DNA from: Amoebidium appalachense
Taxonomy: Eukaryota > Protista > Ichthyosporea
Reading direction: 5' to 3'
NCBI GenBank assembly: GCA_963693365.1
Contig: CAVNZM010000017.1
Span: forward strand, 2,161,527-2,225,526
DNA: 64,000 nucleotides
The first letter of the stretch is position 1; the number at the start of each line of letters is the position of its first letter. Of the stretch, positions 49,429-64,000 are shown piece by piece. Below the pieces are notes generated by a model. That model did not search any database. It was not told where the DNA came from and was given only the letters and a program-made list of their open reading frames with translations. The position numbers and the translations under genes were made by a program.

Positions 49429-49720
49429 TGACGCAACCATTATTACGTAATCTAGCGTTACGCAAAACCGATGGCGGATAACTGTGAAAGCTCAGCCGTG
49501 ATGTCACAAGGTCACAGTGCCATTGTCCTTCTTTCATGAATTCAAGCACATTTAAAATGAAACGTTTTGTGGGTTAGGCCCTATAGCATACTCCTTTTGT
49601 TACAAGCATTTCAACGCAATCCGGTTCTATATTTTTCATAGCCCTGCTCATGGTTGTTCTCGTTTCTCTGGCGCGTCTCCTTTTCTCCTTTCCTCGAATT
49701 TGATTTCCTTGGTGATTACC

Positions 49721-62071
<12,351 letters not shown>

Positions 62072-62318
62072 CTGCTTATTTTTTTTTCAATTTTCGAAAA
62101 TATTTTTCGTTAAAGGCCGATAAGTGTTTGTGGTGACGTCTCAAGTGGCGACTGATTTTCTCATTAATGGGTGCTTCCACGTATGATTCTGCTTTTTTGC
62201 TTTTTTCTTGGTTTTTTTTTTTGTTGTTGTTGTTGTTGTTGGAATGTTTTTTTGTTTTTGTTTTTTTTTTCCCGGGGGGTGGGTGGTGGTGGTGGTGGTG
62301 TGTGTGTGTGTACGTGTA

Positions 62319-62362
<44 letters not shown>

Positions 62363-62524
62363 ATCAGCTATATGGTAACAGCACACACACATGTATGCAC
62401 GTACAGCAATTTACACATCCACATACGGATATAAAAGAACACCCATGCAAAATCGTAATTCAAGGGCTCGTACACATGCACACACAAGGCGCGCGCAGAC
62501 AGACACACACACAAACAAACACAA

Positions 62525-62626
<102 letters not shown>

Positions 62627-62709
62627 TGGCACACACATACACGCACGCACACACACACACATATACCGTACACACACACACACACACACACACACAACAC
62701 GCACACGCG

Positions 62710-62789
<80 letters not shown>

Positions 62790-63690
62790 GAGCAGCAGCA
62801 GTAGTCGGGCACCGTGATATCTGTTTTGAATGCTTTTATCTCGACAATTGGGATGTAATTTGTAACGAGGGGGAAGTACCTACAATATAAAAAGGATGGT
62901 ATACGCTGTATCTTGCTATTTATGAATGATCGAGAATGTCGAAAATTCTCTCTGGAAAACGCGATGAAGTACTAGAGAATTTCGAATTATGTGCAAAAAT
63001 AAACTCTGATCACGGTTGCGAAAAAAGCAAGTGACATGCGGCTTCTTTGGGCGAATTGGTGTACATTACAGTAACGTCTATTTTGGCAATCCTCCTGCCC
63101 GGCATGTGCGGAATACGTGTGGATATGGGGTGTTTTGCCCACGGCTGTTCACGTCCTGGTGTGGTCTCATGGTTATAAATGGTTGTAAGTTTGGAAGTGA
63201 TGGCAGGCTTCATGCTGCTGAATGCCTGGGTCTCCATACATGTCCGTAACAATAAAAAGTACGTGCCCCCCCCCCCCCTCCCGTTTCCCTTAACCCCTCC
63301 CCCCCAATACCCACACACACACGCACGTGTTTCTCCAGGATTCCTTAATATGGCAACTGCGGAGATGGGGGGGGGGGGGGGGGGGGGGGGGGCAAAAATT
63401 AGTGTCATTCCAATCTTTCCAATGCTATTCTATTGATATTAGGGTCATACATTATTCCTACTTTTTTTCTTTGTTTTATAATAAATCACACCATTTGAAA
63501 TATCGTTCTTTCCCGGAGATCTCACAATAAAATTAATTTTCGTCTTCTGCATGTTTTCCAATCCCGGCCCCGGGAGCTTTGGGACATGAGTAGGTAGGTG
63601 GTACCCGTAGGTGGATGGATAGACGGTTCGGTTAAAAATATTAACGTTAGGAAGGTTTCTAATCCATGTACTTGTGAATTTTGCTGATAT

Positions 63691-63836
63691 GATATATACA
63701 TGCATATAAAGAAATTAAACGAAGCAAAAAAGTAGGAATATATGGTTATATATACATAGATGTGAAAGAACTAATAAAGTAGGAATATATGATCATATAT
63801 ACATGCATATAAAGCAACTAAAAAATTAGGAATATG
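63691..63836. repeat. Degenerate ~45-55 bp AT-rich tandem repeat (3 copies)
   Basis: ATATATACAT...AAAG.A.CTAA...TAGGAATAT is repeated three times. Confidence 0.7.
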
Positions 63837-64000
63837 GTGGCACAACTGTTGCAGATGTACGCAACTGTAGAGCCGCGCGCCGATAAACCACTCATCAGCA
63901 AATCTCTTTTTCAGGTGGCCTTTCAGTCTGAGCCTTCTCCTCCCCCCCCCCCCCCCCCCCCCGGGGGCTCCTCCTCTCTCCCCCTCCTCCCTCCCCCCCT

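Noticed and set aside
63010-63930. 3' exons of a minus-strand gene entering from the right edge
   Set aside because: Complex segments exist, but no recognisable domain or consistent exon phases could be established.

Overview
This is eukaryotic nuclear DNA. Genes have GT-AG introns packed with poly(G)/poly(C), (CA)n, (CT)n and (CCCT)n tracts, so most ORFs in the supplied track are microsatellite artefacts. The gene and transposon content fits a unicellular opisthokont, but that is inference only. Intact spliced genes reconstructed by hand: a 10-exon CCR4/nocturnin/Angel/PDE12-type EEP nuclease (minus strand, one GC-AG intron), a 3-exon bacterial-type TenA thiaminase II, an intronless 4-TM claudin/PMP22-like protein, and a 9-exon ESS2/DGCR14 splicing factor. 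Damaged genes: a coiled-coil (Mug135-C-like) pseudogene and a mucin + PAN/apple gene with a frameshift. Mobile or foreign DNA: a 5'-open intronless ORF with a herpesvirus-tegument-deubiquitinase-like (FDSH) domain; an intron-containing P-element-type transposase pseudogene; an AT-rich protein-primed DNA polymerase B fragment inserted with a duplicated target; a complete, young Ngaro-type tyrosine-recombinase retrotransposon (A1-gag-RT/RH-YR-B1-A2-B2) with a visible 4-bp crossover core; a near full-length APE-RT LINE plus two 5'-truncated copies of a related LINE; and a possible solo LTR. The most novel signals are a dispersed, strongly base-paired, variably truncated repeat family whose fixed end always abuts a poly(C) tract, and repeated tandem duplication of exon-intron junctions into introns. 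All family assignments come from motif recognition by eye; no database search was run.
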